Assembly (NCBI RefSeq): GCF_049243625.1
Contig: NZ_CP046975.1
DNA length: 32,000 nt
Strand: one strand, 5' to 3'
Origin: Corynebacterium amycolatum
Lineage (GTDB): Bacteria > Actinomycetota > Actinomycetes > Mycobacteriales > Mycobacteriaceae
In this document: one piece after another, positions 19,901 through 27,048 of the stretch
Numbering within the stretch: position 1 is the first letter of the stretch
Layout: each line of letters starts with the position of its first letter
Made by a program: the position numbers and the translations under genes
The notes under the pieces: model-generated
Databases searched by the model: none
Told to the model about the DNA's origin: nothing
The model's input: the letters and a program-made list of their open reading frames with translations, nothing else

Positions 19901-20542
19901 TCGGACGCACCGATTAACTCCGAGTCCGTACGACGCGGCCCGGCTCCGGTCACGACGCTCTCGCTTGCCGACGCTAGCGAGTGGCAGGCCGACACCGACA
20001 ACCCGGCAGCAGGTCCAGACAATCCGGACATGGCTGAGCTGACCATCGATAATGACGAGGAAAGCTTCTGGGTAACTTCTACTTACCTCAGCCAGTTCGG
20101 CAATCGTCCAGAGGACTTTAAACCTGGTGTTGGTATTCGGGTCACTCTGGATGAACCGGCAACCATTCGAGAGCTTAAGGTCTCTGCGACCCCGGGCGCA
20201 CACATTGAAGTTCGCGGCCTACGCGATGCTGACTCGACGAACTTGGATGACACAACGGTTCTCGGTAGCGCAACCGCCACCTCAGGTACGACAACTATCG
20301 AAATTGATAGCCGCGACACCGAGTGGAAGAACCTTGTTGTCTGGATCTCCAGCTTGCCGACGGCTGCGGAAGCGGTAGCCGACAGCAACTCAGACACCGA
20401 TGCTGATACGAATGCTGATGCTGAGTCGCAGAATTCCGATTCGGACAACCCACTTGTCGGCGACCGCAATCTGGCTGAGCAATCCCCGGATTCGTTGCTG
20501 CCAGTTGCAATTGGCGATATCCAGGTGCGTGGTACGGAATAA
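16940..20542 (+). CDS. murJ: lipid II flippase MurJ (MviN) fused to an intracellular pseudokinase domain, a TM segment and an extracellular sugar-binding-like domain
   Basis: 1200 aa. The MurJ core spans about aa 100-610 (MAIATLISRITGFLRNLLIGATLG...). The kinase-like region at about aa 695-880 has degenerate motifs (HES instead of HRD at 19412-19420; DAF instead of DFG). The TM segment is at aa 960-984. The C-terminal domain carries a discoidin-like pattern (TIDNDEESFWVTS). This is the same architecture as M. tuberculosis Rv3910. Confidence 0.9.
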   Translation: MTDSDAHKSGLRGRIRRPAPPAPVPAARPTAESQPAEAAPDLTRVSGHKANADTAADAMTESASPSPAKAATATATASGDSSADSTTDANQEQSNSDIVASTGSMAIATLISRITGFLRNLLIGATLGPAVASAFNVANTLPNLITEIVLGAVLTSLVVPVLVRAEKEDPDHGAAFIRRLLTVSMTLLAVVTVLAVIGAPLLTRLSLNEAGKVNVPLATSFAFLLLPQIIFYGIFALLMAVLNTKGIFKPGAWAPVANNVVAIATLLLYLFLPGQLSPDSDGSLSDPHILLLGLGTTLGVVIQAAIMIPYLKRAGIDLRPLWGIDDRIKQFTGMGVAIITYVAISQAGYFITTNIASTASKAAPTIYQQAWLLLQVPYGIIGVTLLTAIMPRLSRNAADGNDGAVVRDLSIGTRLTMIALVPIVAFFTAFGRPIAVGLFAYLEFPRETAEILGWTLSFSAFSLIPYAIVLLHLRVFYAREEAWTPTFIILGITTVKVILSFFAPRLASDDETVVVLLGAANGFGFVAGAVIGFLLLRRTLGHLDSKATVHTVLWALGASLVGVAVAWGAFALTDLVLFDFFGSFGVLLQTIVTGVVFLIGTGLVLAQAPLEEVRVLGGFLGRIPGLRRFAPQPHAADNAVADREDMERERGFAADAFSIAPSNLIGEATGLANEGFTASPLLPPMPTQGSRPTRYVPGEMVSGGRFRLRSEVATYPGLRLWRAMDMGDPDNADVALVFVDTIALPYYDTSPSAAAQKIATTTNELRDLAGAGMSRIHSVAKTRTEVLIVADWTSSIGIERFDQAAHPDALALAVASLAETIADAHESGRCLGLTNKPGQLRISSDGHIYDAFPVVLPNSSQRSDYSALLSVIDELFYSVTNIPSDISAAIDRAKQTRPENFNGQESPARTLAEDLRAAALGPDSSEFLAIDPDTGARESVDAGGAAQSNAHHTKNRTRAFSTGAVVVGVVIVGALVAAGIFGLVNRSSDAPINSESVRRGPAPVTTLSLADASEWQADTDNPAAGPDNPDMAELTIDNDEESFWVTSTYLSQFGNRPEDFKPGVGIRVTLDEPATIRELKVSATPGAHIEVRGLRDADSTNLDDTTVLGSATATSGTTTIEIDSRDTEWKNLVVWISSLPTAAEAVADSNSDTDADTNADAESQNSDSDNPLVGDRNLAEQSPDSLLPVAIGDIQVRGTE

Positions 20543-20587
20543 CGCTCTGAGCTTGCCTTAGGCGGCAACAGTTTAAGTTGTCCCAAG

Positions 20588-20626
20588 TTATCCACAGCTA
20601 CTGGGACATTTTGAAATTCATCCACA
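20588..20626 (+). promoter_or_regulatory. pair of direct DnaA-box-like sites in the murJ-sigM spacer
   Basis: TTATCCACA (20588-20596) is a 9/9 match and TCATCCACA (20618-20626) an 8/9 match. Both are in the same orientation with 30-bp spacing and share the exact 9-mer ATCCACAGC. Confidence 0.4.
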
Positions 20627-20777
20627 GCCCGCGGTCTCCACGGCAGTTTTGCCAAGCGGAGAGCGCAGGTTTCGTGTTTGCATAGGAGCCATGAACTTTG
20701 GGGGAAGAAATCGAATTGGGGACAGTCACCGTAAAGCCCATGCGGGTCGGCGACTGGGGGACTATGGCGTCGTCGGT

Positions 20778-21341
20778 ATGCGAAAGCATGCATCTGCGGA
20801 CGAGGTTGATCGTGAGTTATTAAAGGCGCACCTGGCGGGGGATCGTCGCGCGTTCGCGGTGTTGGCACAGCGTTATTACCCACAGTTGGTAGCTATGGCG
20901 CGGCGATATCGTCGGGATGATTTCGATCCCTTGGATGGGGTACAGGAGGGGTTGGCGCGGGCAATTGCGGGGGCGGCGAGTTTTCGCGGGCGTTCTACGG
21001 TGGCGACGTGGCTGACGTGCATCGTGAAGAATGCGTGTATTGACCACATCCGCGGTCGTTTCGGGGAGATTTCTCTGTGCGATAAGGACGAAGATTTTGA
21101 GACGCTTCTGAGTTCACAGCCGATTCCCTGCCCGGATGTTCCGCTACGAGTGACTATGGTCGCCGCATTGGAGCAGTTACCAACGGATCAGTGGGATGCC
21201 CTGTTGTACTTGGACATCTTTGGGTATTCGCTGCAAGAGACCTCTCGCAGTATTGGGCAACCGAGCGGAACGTTGAAGTCTCGACGAGCGCGGGCGCGTC
21301 GTGCGCTTCGGCGACAGTTGGAAGAAGTGCAGGTGGCCTAA
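20778..21341 (+). CDS. sigM: ECF RNA polymerase sigma factor SigM
   Basis: 187 aa counted from ATG 20778. Sigma-70 region 2 (...YYPQLVAMARRYRRDDFDPLDGVQEGLARA...) and region 4 HTH (GYSLQETSRSIGQPSGTLKSRRARARRALRRQL). Synteny murJ-sigM-trxB-trxA-cwlM matches M. tuberculosis and C. glutamicum. Confidence 0.8.
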   Translation: MRKHASADEVDRELLKAHLAGDRRAFAVLAQRYYPQLVAMARRYRRDDFDPLDGVQEGLARAIAGAASFRGRSTVATWLTCIVKNACIDHIRGRFGEISLCDKDEDFETLLSSQPIPCPDVPLRVTMVAALEQLPTDQWDALLYLDIFGYSLQETSRSIGQPSGTLKSRRARARRALRRQLEEVQVA

Positions 21342-21371
21342 CAACTGCGAAGCAGGGGAGAAACAGGGGAG

Positions 21372-21400
21372 GGGAATAGAGATGGCTAACCTCACGTTGG
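21372..21400 (+). promoter_or_regulatory. ECF (SigH/SigM-type) promoter upstream of trxB
   Basis: The -35 element GGGAATA (21372-21378) and -10 element CGTTGG (21395-21400) leave 18 nt between GGAAT and GTT. This matches the corynebacterial and mycobacterial SigH/SigM consensus GGAA(T/C)-N17-19-GTT. It lies ~105 nt upstream of the trxB ATG. Confidence 0.5.
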
Positions 21401-21509
21401 TTGAGGTAGCTGTTTCCGGTAATTTCTTTCCCGGAGCTGAAAAATTTGCTTACTACTGAGCATCACTGTGCGCCATGTGATGTGAGAGATAAAAATTATA
21501 GGAGTCTTC

Positions 21510-22448
21510 ATGAGCGATATCGTTCACGACCTGATCATTGTCGGTTCCGGTCCCGCCGGCTACACGGCTGCCACCTACGCAGCCCGCGCCGACCTGAAGC
21601 CTGTGGTGTTCGAGGGCATCGAGTTTGGCGGTCTGCTTATGACGACTACCGACGTGGAGAACTACCCAGGTTTCTCCGAGGGCATCATGGGGCCAGAGCT
21701 AATGGATCAGATGCGCGCACAGGCTGAGCGCTTCGGCGCTGACCTGCGCATGGAGATTGTTGATCGCATGGATCTCACCGGCGACATCAAGTCTGTTTGG
21801 GTTGGCGGAGAAGAGCACAAGGCTCACGCTGTCATCTTGGCAACCGGTGCCGCTCCGCGTTATGTCGGTGCTCCGGGCGAGCAGGCACTGCTGGGCCACG
21901 GTGTCAGCGCCTGTGCCACCTGTGATGGTTTCTTCTTCCGTGACCACGATATCGCCGTCATCGGTGGCGGTGACTCCGCGATGGAAGAGGCAACCTTCCT
22001 TACCAAGTTCGCCCGCTCGGTGACGATTGTCCATCGCCGCGACGAGTTCCGCGCGTCAAAGATTATGGTTGAGCGCGCCCAGAACAATGACAAGATTCGC
22101 TTTGCGACGAACAAGGTTGTGTCCCAGGTTCTTGGTGAGGACAAGGGTTCAGTTACCGGTCTCGAGCTGGAAGACACCGTCACTGGCGAGAAATCCGTCC
22201 TCGATGTGACTGCCATGTTCGTAGCAATTGGCCACGAGCCACGTTCGCAGATGGTTCGCAATCAGCTGGACTGCGACGAGAATGGCTACATTCAGGTAGC
22301 CGCTCCGAGCACCCAGACCTCCCTCAAGGGTGTCTTTGCAGCGGGCGACGTTGTTGACTCGCATTACCAGCAGGCAATTACCGCCGCCGGCTCTGGCTGC
22401 AAGGCCGCGCTGGATGCTGAGCACTACTTGGAAACTGTTGCTCGGTAG
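21510..22448 (+). CDS. trxB: thioredoxin-disulfide reductase
   Basis: 312 aa with the FAD motif [12 protein letters not shown], the redox centre CATCDG and the NADPH motif [10 protein letters not shown]. An AGGAG RBS sits at 21500-21504. Confidence 0.97.
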   Translation: MSDIVHDLIIVGSGPAGYTAATYAARADLKPVVFEGIEFGGLLMTTTDVENYPGFSEGIMGPELMDQMRAQAERFGADLRMEIVDRMDLTGDIKSVWVGGEEHKAHAVILATGAAPRYVGAPGEQALLGHGVSACATCDGFFFRDHDIAVIGGGDSAMEEATFLTKFARSVTIVHRRDEFRASKIMVERAQNNDKIRFATNKVVSQVLGEDKGSVTGLELEDTVTGEKSVLDVTAMFVAIGHEPRSQMVRNQLDCDENGYIQVAAPSTQTSLKGVFAAGDVVDSHYQQAITAAGSGCKAALDAEHYLETVAR

Positions 22449-22484
22449 CTGAAAGCAGGGTAGCCTCGCTAGCTGGATAAACAG

Positions 22485-22579
22485 CTATTAGTTGGGGCGG
22501 TGCAATTGTTGGATAACGCCAACGATTGCAGACATCCAACTATTGGGAGTACCCGATAGTCAGTCAGCCCAATTGTTGT
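22485..22579. repeat. array of five copies of an ~11-bp motif (CCAACNATTGS) with 17-bp phasing in the trxB-trxA spacer
   Basis: The copies are 22485-22495 (-, CCAACTAATAG, degenerate), 22502-22512 (-, CCAACAATTGC), 22519-22529 (+, CCAACGATTGC), 22536-22546 (+, CCAACTATTGG) and 22569-22579 (-, ACAACAATTGG). Copies 2 and 3 also form an 11-bp hairpin with one G-U pair. Confidence 0.6.
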
Positions 22580-22841
22580 TAGCTGTCGCTCAATGAGGGC
22601 GCAGCGGGACGTGTTATAGCCCGATCCGCCCCGCACCCATCGAGCGCTCGCAGCGTTCCCAAGAACACCATTAATTAACAATTTAGTACTTCACTCACGC
22701 CACCGGAAGCCCTAATTTTTGACGCCTTTAGCGCCAAATCCGTACGCGAGACTGAAGAAACTAGGTTGAAAAATTAGAATCAAGAGCACGAATCAAAACC
22801 ACTAAGAACTCAAACGAGCTCATTCTAAGGAGAAGAATTTC

Positions 22842-23162
22842 ATGGCTCCGGTAACTGTCACCGCCAATACCTTTAAGTCCGATGTCCTCGAATCCGATAA
22901 GCCGGTACTTGTAGATTTCTGGGCAGAGTGGTGTGGCCCGTGTAAGAAGATTGCTCCCGTTCTCGACGAGGTTGCGACCGAGCTCGATGGCAAGGCCGTC
23001 ATCGCCAAGGTCAACGTCGATGAGGAGCGTGCACTGGCTGGCATGTTCCAGATTATGTCCATCCCAAGCCTGCTCCTATTCAAGGACGGCAAGAAGGTCG
23101 AAGAGATTCGCGGAATCCGCCCGAAGGGCGAAATCACGGCGCTCATCGAGAAGCACCTTTAA
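22842..23162 (+). CDS. trxA: thioredoxin
   Basis: 106 aa with the active site WAEWCGPCK and an AAGGAG RBS at 22827-22832. Confidence 0.95.
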   Translation: MAPVTVTANTFKSDVLESDKPVLVDFWAEWCGPCKKIAPVLDEVATELDGKAVIAKVNVDEERALAGMFQIMSIPSLLLFKDGKKVEEIRGIRPKGEITALIEKHL

Positions 23163-23573
23163 AAAAACCAGGGGTTGCTCCTTATCCGATACGAGGTCGC
23201 ACCTGCTCACCCGTCACTTCACTTCTCCCACCTTCCTTGGACACGCCCCATTAAGATGTGACTGAAGTTATGGTTGTGATTTAGAGTTAGTTCTGGGGTT
23301 TTGCCGTCGGGCTTGCCGACGCGCCCTCGTAACAATCAATTCGCGCCTGCGACCTGGTAATCTTGCTGGAAATGGCGGTTTACGTCTTCCTTAATACCGT
23401 GAAGGAACCAGGTTGCCGCCAACTTAAGAGGTATTGCTGACCATATCCTCTGAGAGTGCGCGAAGTTTCTTAACTGAAGTTTCGTTTAGCTCACTGGCCA
23501 GTAATACTGATTAAGTGTTGTGAGAACCCCACAACGGCCTGAACATAATTGTGGAGTTCGGAAGGGAGTTTTC

Positions 23574-24758
23574 GTGCCAGAGTTTCTGAAGGTGGGCGAT
23601 AGGTCACCTCGTGTTGCCGAGGTACGTTCTACCCTGGCTCGTCTTGGGCTTCTGCCCAACTGGGAGGGCTCAGCTGCAGAGGAGAACTCGCCTCAGTGGT
23701 CTGGTGACGACGACCTGTTTGATGAGGATATGCGCAACGCTCTCCTGGCGTTCCAACAGTCCCGCGGTGTCTATGCCGACGGCATCATCCGCGACAGCAC
23801 CCTGCGCCTACTGCGAGAAGCTTCGTACACTCTGGGCACCCGCGTACTGTCCTACGATCCACTGTCACAAATGACCGGTGAGGACGTGGGCGTCCTCCAA
23901 GCTACCTTGCAGGAGCTCGGTTTCCACGATGCCCGAGTAGACGGCCACTTCGGCCCGAAGACCGATGCATCTGTGCGTGAATACCAGCTCAATTACGGGT
24001 TGGAGCCCGACGGTATCTGTGGCCCCGTTACTCTCCGAGCGCTCAGCTACTTGGGTAGAAGGGTTACTGGTGGCTCGGTAAACGCTTTCCACGAGAAGGA
24101 AATCCTGCGCACGATGGGGCCTAAGCTCTCAGGCAAGCGCATTGTCATTGATCCAGGCCTTGGGGCAGGGGAGCCCGGCGTCGTGGTCGACGGCCCCTAC
24201 GGTCAGATTTCTGAAGAGGAAATTCTTTGGGATTTGGCCTCTCGCATCGAAGGTCGTCTTGTCGCGGCGGGTGCAGAGACTATTCTGTCTCGTCCTCGTA
24301 CCGACAACCCATCTATCGAAGATCGAGCTGAGATGGCCAACGCATTTGGCGCTGACATCTTCATCTCCCTGCAGGCTGATCACTATCACAACAACCGCGC
24401 CAGCGGTATTGCGACCTTTTACTTCGGCTCGATGAAGGGCTCCAACTCCATTCTGGGCGAACAGCTCTCTGGCCTTATTCAGCGGGAAATTGTTGCCCGT
24501 ACGAGCCTGGTGGACTGCCGCTCGCACGCCCGTACTTGGGATCTCCTCCGTCTGACCAGGATGCCCACGGTGGAAGTCGCCGTTGGTTACCTGACCAATG
24601 AGGATGACGTGGCAATTCTTTCTTCCCCAGATCAGCGGGACGTAATTGCCGAATCTATCGTTGTCGCTGTAAAGCGTCTGTACCTGGGCGATGAAGAGGA
24701 GCAACCAATGACCGGCGCTTACAGCTTTGCTCAGCTGATTGAAGAGGAAAAAGCCTAA
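23574..24758 (+). CDS. cwlM: CwlM-type N-acetylmuramoyl-L-alanine amidase homologue (two PG-binding repeats plus an Amidase_3 domain)
   Basis: The GTG 23574 start is preceded by GGAAGGGAG. There are two peptidoglycan-binding-like repeats (LLAFQQSRGVYADGII..; VREYQLNYGLEPDGICGPVT). The Amidase_3 core reads IVIDPGLGAGEPG...FISLQADH. Position after trxA matches Rv3915. Confidence 0.9.
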   Translation: MPEFLKVGDRSPRVAEVRSTLARLGLLPNWEGSAAEENSPQWSGDDDLFDEDMRNALLAFQQSRGVYADGIIRDSTLRLLREASYTLGTRVLSYDPLSQMTGEDVGVLQATLQELGFHDARVDGHFGPKTDASVREYQLNYGLEPDGICGPVTLRALSYLGRRVTGGSVNAFHEKEILRTMGPKLSGKRIVIDPGLGAGEPGVVVDGPYGQISEEEILWDLASRIEGRLVAAGAETILSRPRTDNPSIEDRAEMANAFGADIFISLQADHYHNNRASGIATFYFGSMKGSNSILGEQLSGLIQREIVARTSLVDCRSHARTWDLLRLTRMPTVEVAVGYLTNEDDVAILSSPDQRDVIAESIVVAVKRLYLGDEEEQPMTGAYSFAQLIEEEKA

Positions 24759-24784
24759 ACACGGCCGGCCTATGTAACCCGGTG

Positions 24785-25738
24785 CTAGAGACTGAACAGC
24801 TTTGAGCGCATAAAGGGTTCTTTCGCACTTAGATCCAACGCATGACCGATTTCTTCATCCCAGTCCAATTCCGCATCCAACTCGATACGGAGTTTCGGAT
24901 GAATCGGATGTGGAGTCACCACCCGAAACCCGGAGTCAAGAAGGGTTCGCGTACGAATTAAATCACCGGCGTTATGGTTAATCGCCGCCAACGAATCTGA
25001 GATACACGGCTTTGGATTTAGCTTTTCTTCGAGTTGCGCCTCGAAATCAGCGATTAGATTCTCCGTGCCGTCGTCAGGCGTTGGCGATGACGGCGTGGGT
25101 CCCGACATAGAATCCGCTGTGCCACTGCAACCAAACGCCTCTACCGCTGAGATCCCGCGCAGCGCGAGCTTGTGCAGAGCGGTCACAATGAGAACGCGGA
25201 GCATGTCATCATCGACCTCTAAAGCGTTGTAATGCAGACTCGTCAGCGCTATCGCATCCGGCGATATTGGCCCGGAAGGCATGGAAAATGTCGTCGGGCA
25301 GAAGCGCGGGGGCGCAAAGAGGAGCGTGCCGACGGTCTCAGGCTTCCCATCGATACGTGATGCCGGTGGCTTTCGCCGTAGCGAATATCCGCACGGCCCC
25401 CAGGAAAGGTAGACGGTATTGAGCCATGCTTCCTTCTCCAAGCGCACCTGGGCGGCTAAATCAGAGCTTAGGACGCTATTTAAGGGGCTCTCACTAGCTC
25501 CGGTTGGCCGAATAGGGGGTTGGCTGTCCGAATGCTTTAAATCGCCGTTGAGGGCTTCATCCTCTTCTGGCTTGCGAGGGTCCAAATTAGGTTCGCGCGG
25601 CTCAGACGAGAAGTGGGCTAGGGCAGTTGCAGTACGGATATGCTCCATGCCCTGTTCCCAAAACAGGCTTAACATCGTCTCCGGATAGATTCCATCGATG
25701 TCGGCCAGCGAGATTTTCTCGATGAATACTTCAGTCAC
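24785..25738 (-). CDS. conserved hypothetical protein downstream of parB (Rv3916c-like position; function unknown)
   Basis: 317-aa ORF starting at GTG 25738, 11 nt after the parB stop. Two structured-looking parts are separated by low-complexity Pro/Ser/Glu segments. No catalytic motif is recognisable. Confidence 0.6.
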   Translation of the reverse strand: MTEVFIEKISLADIDGIYPETMLSLFWEQGMEHIRTATALAHFSSEPREPNLDPRKPEEDEALNGDLKHSDSQPPIRPTGASESPLNSVLSSDLAAQVRLEKEAWLNTVYLSWGPCGYSLRRKPPASRIDGKPETVGTLLFAPPRFCPTTFSMPSGPISPDAIALTSLHYNALEVDDDMLRVLIVTALHKLALRGISAVEAFGCSGTADSMSGPTPSSPTPDDGTENLIADFEAQLEEKLNPKPCISDSLAAINHNAGDLIRTRTLLDSGFRVVTPHPIHPKLRIELDAELDWDEEIGHALDLSAKEPFMRSKLFSL

Positions 25739-25749
25739 AGTAACCGGGT

Positions 25750-27027
25750 TTACTCTTCGTCGAGATGCATCAGTGACATGATGCGATCAAAGTCCTCGAG
25801 GTTGCCGAATTCGATGACAATTTTGCCCTTACGCTTGCCCATCTGGGCAGTCACCTTCGTATCAAAAGAATTGGACAGGCGATCAGCCCAATTGTGGAGT
25901 ACCTCCGGCTGCGGAGTGGGCTCGCGGTGCTGCTTCTTTGGTCGCTCGCCTGCATTGAGTAATGTCACTGCTTCTTCGGTCGCACGGACAGATAGTCCTT
26001 CAGCAACAATTCGCTCGGCGAGGCGCTGCTGTTCCTCCTTACCTGCCTTGACCCCAAGCAAGGCACGTGCGTGGCCAGCCGACAGAACACCGACCGCTAC
26101 TCGTCGCTGTACCTCCACCGGCAACTGCAAGAGTCGAATCATGTTGGTAATAACGGGCCGCGAGCGACCGATACGATCCGCCAGCTCTGCCTGAGTAACA
26201 CCAAACTCATCGAGCAGCTGTTGGTACGCAGCGGCCTCTTCGAGTGGGTTCAGCTGCACGCGATGGATGTTCTCTAGTAGGGCATCGCGGAGCATGTCCT
26301 GGTTTGGAGTATCGCGAACGATGGCGGGAATCGTGTCAATTCCAGCTCGCTGAGAAGCACGCCAGCGACGTTCACCCATGATGATTTCAAACTCGGGTTG
26401 CAGCGCATTCGGATCTTCCTTGCGCGCTGCCTCGAGCGCTGCCGCACGATTATCCGTTGAGATTGGTCGTACGATAATCGGCTGCAATAGACCGAACTCA
26501 CGAATAGAGTGAGCAAGCTCATTCAAGGGCTCTTCATCGAAGACCTCTCGTGGCTGCTTCGGGTTCGGCGTGATGAGCTTCAAATCGACCTCGCGATAGG
26601 TCGCGCCAAACTCGTTTGCGGCCGTAGTGTCAACATCAGCAGCCTCGGCGCCACTGTAGTCCGCTACTCCCGACGTCGTCGAGGGCATTGTTTCACGTGA
26701 AACATTGCTAGACTTACCAATAGCGTTATCGTCACTGTGACGTTTATTCGCCTCATTAGTATGCGGCTCGCTTTGCCCGGATTTTGTGGATTTTCCGGCG
26801 TTTTTCCTCTCAGGCAACGAGGTGCCGGATTCCGTCGCGGCCGCGCCCAATACGTCGGCAACTCCGCTACTGCCATACTGCTTCGCCCCCTGGGTACGGC
26901 GGGGACCGAAAATAATATCCGCGGCACTTTCACCTACCGACGGGTTAGCCGCCGGAGCAGTTGGGATCAGTGCGGCGATACCGCGACCGAGCCCTCCCTT
27001 GCGGTTCTCCTTCTTTTGATTCGACAT
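25750..27027 (-). CDS. parB: chromosome partitioning protein ParB
   Basis: 425 aa with the N-terminal ParA-interaction peptide [12 protein letters not shown], the ParB/Srx box ([10 protein letters not shown]...[11 protein letters not shown]) and the [30 protein letters not shown] ~120-aa low-complexity insert follows the N-terminal peptide. Confidence 0.95.
   Translation of the reverse strand: MSNQKKENRKGGLGRGIAALIPTAPAANPSVGESAADIIFGPRRTQGAKQYGSSGVADVLGAAATESGTSLPERKNAGKSTKSGQSEPHTNEANKRHSDDNAIGKSSNVSRETMPSTTSGVADYSGAEAADVDTTAANEFGATYREVDLKLITPNPKQPREVFDEEPLNELAHSIREFGLLQPIIVRPISTDNRAAALEAARKEDPNALQPEFEIIMGERRWRASQRAGIDTIPAIVRDTPNQDMLRDALLENIHRVQLNPLEEAAAYQQLLDEFGVTQAELADRIGRSRPVITNMIRLLQLPVEVQRRVAVGVLSAGHARALLGVKAGKEEQQRLAERIVAEGLSVRATEEAVTLLNAGERPKKQHREPTPQPEVLHNWADRLSNSFDTKVTAQMGKRKGKIVIEFGNLEDFDRIMSLMHLDEE
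26699..26714. promoter_or_regulatory. parS centromere site (inside the parB coding region)
   Basis: Perfect 16-bp palindrome TGTTTCACGTGAAACA, identical to the canonical parS consensus. It encodes NVSRET within the ParB low-complexity insert. Confidence 0.9.
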
Positions 27028-27048
27028 GGGTTACTACTCCTAGTTGCT

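Noticed and set aside
20649-20777. 43-codon upstream extension of sigM (track ORF start 20649)
   Set aside because: The extension (MPSGERRFRVCIGAMNFGG...) is not part of sigma region 2 and runs across the DnaA-box-containing spacer. ATG 20778 gives a normal ~187-aa ECF sigma.
20083-20883. 266-aa minus-strand ORF spanning the murJ 3' end, the spacer and the sigM 5' end
   Set aside because: It overlaps two well-supported genes on the other strand, crosses a lower-GC spacer without coding-like composition, and has no motif.
21446-21727. 93-aa plus-strand ORF overlapping the trxB start
   Set aside because: It is out of frame with trxB, which has unambiguous FAD and CATC motifs. Its product is Arg/His-rich.
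22469-22681. 70-aa minus-strand ORF in the trxB-trxA spacer
   Set aside because: It has no RBS and its composition is not coding-like. It is read through the repeat array and hairpin, and no homology signal is recognisable.
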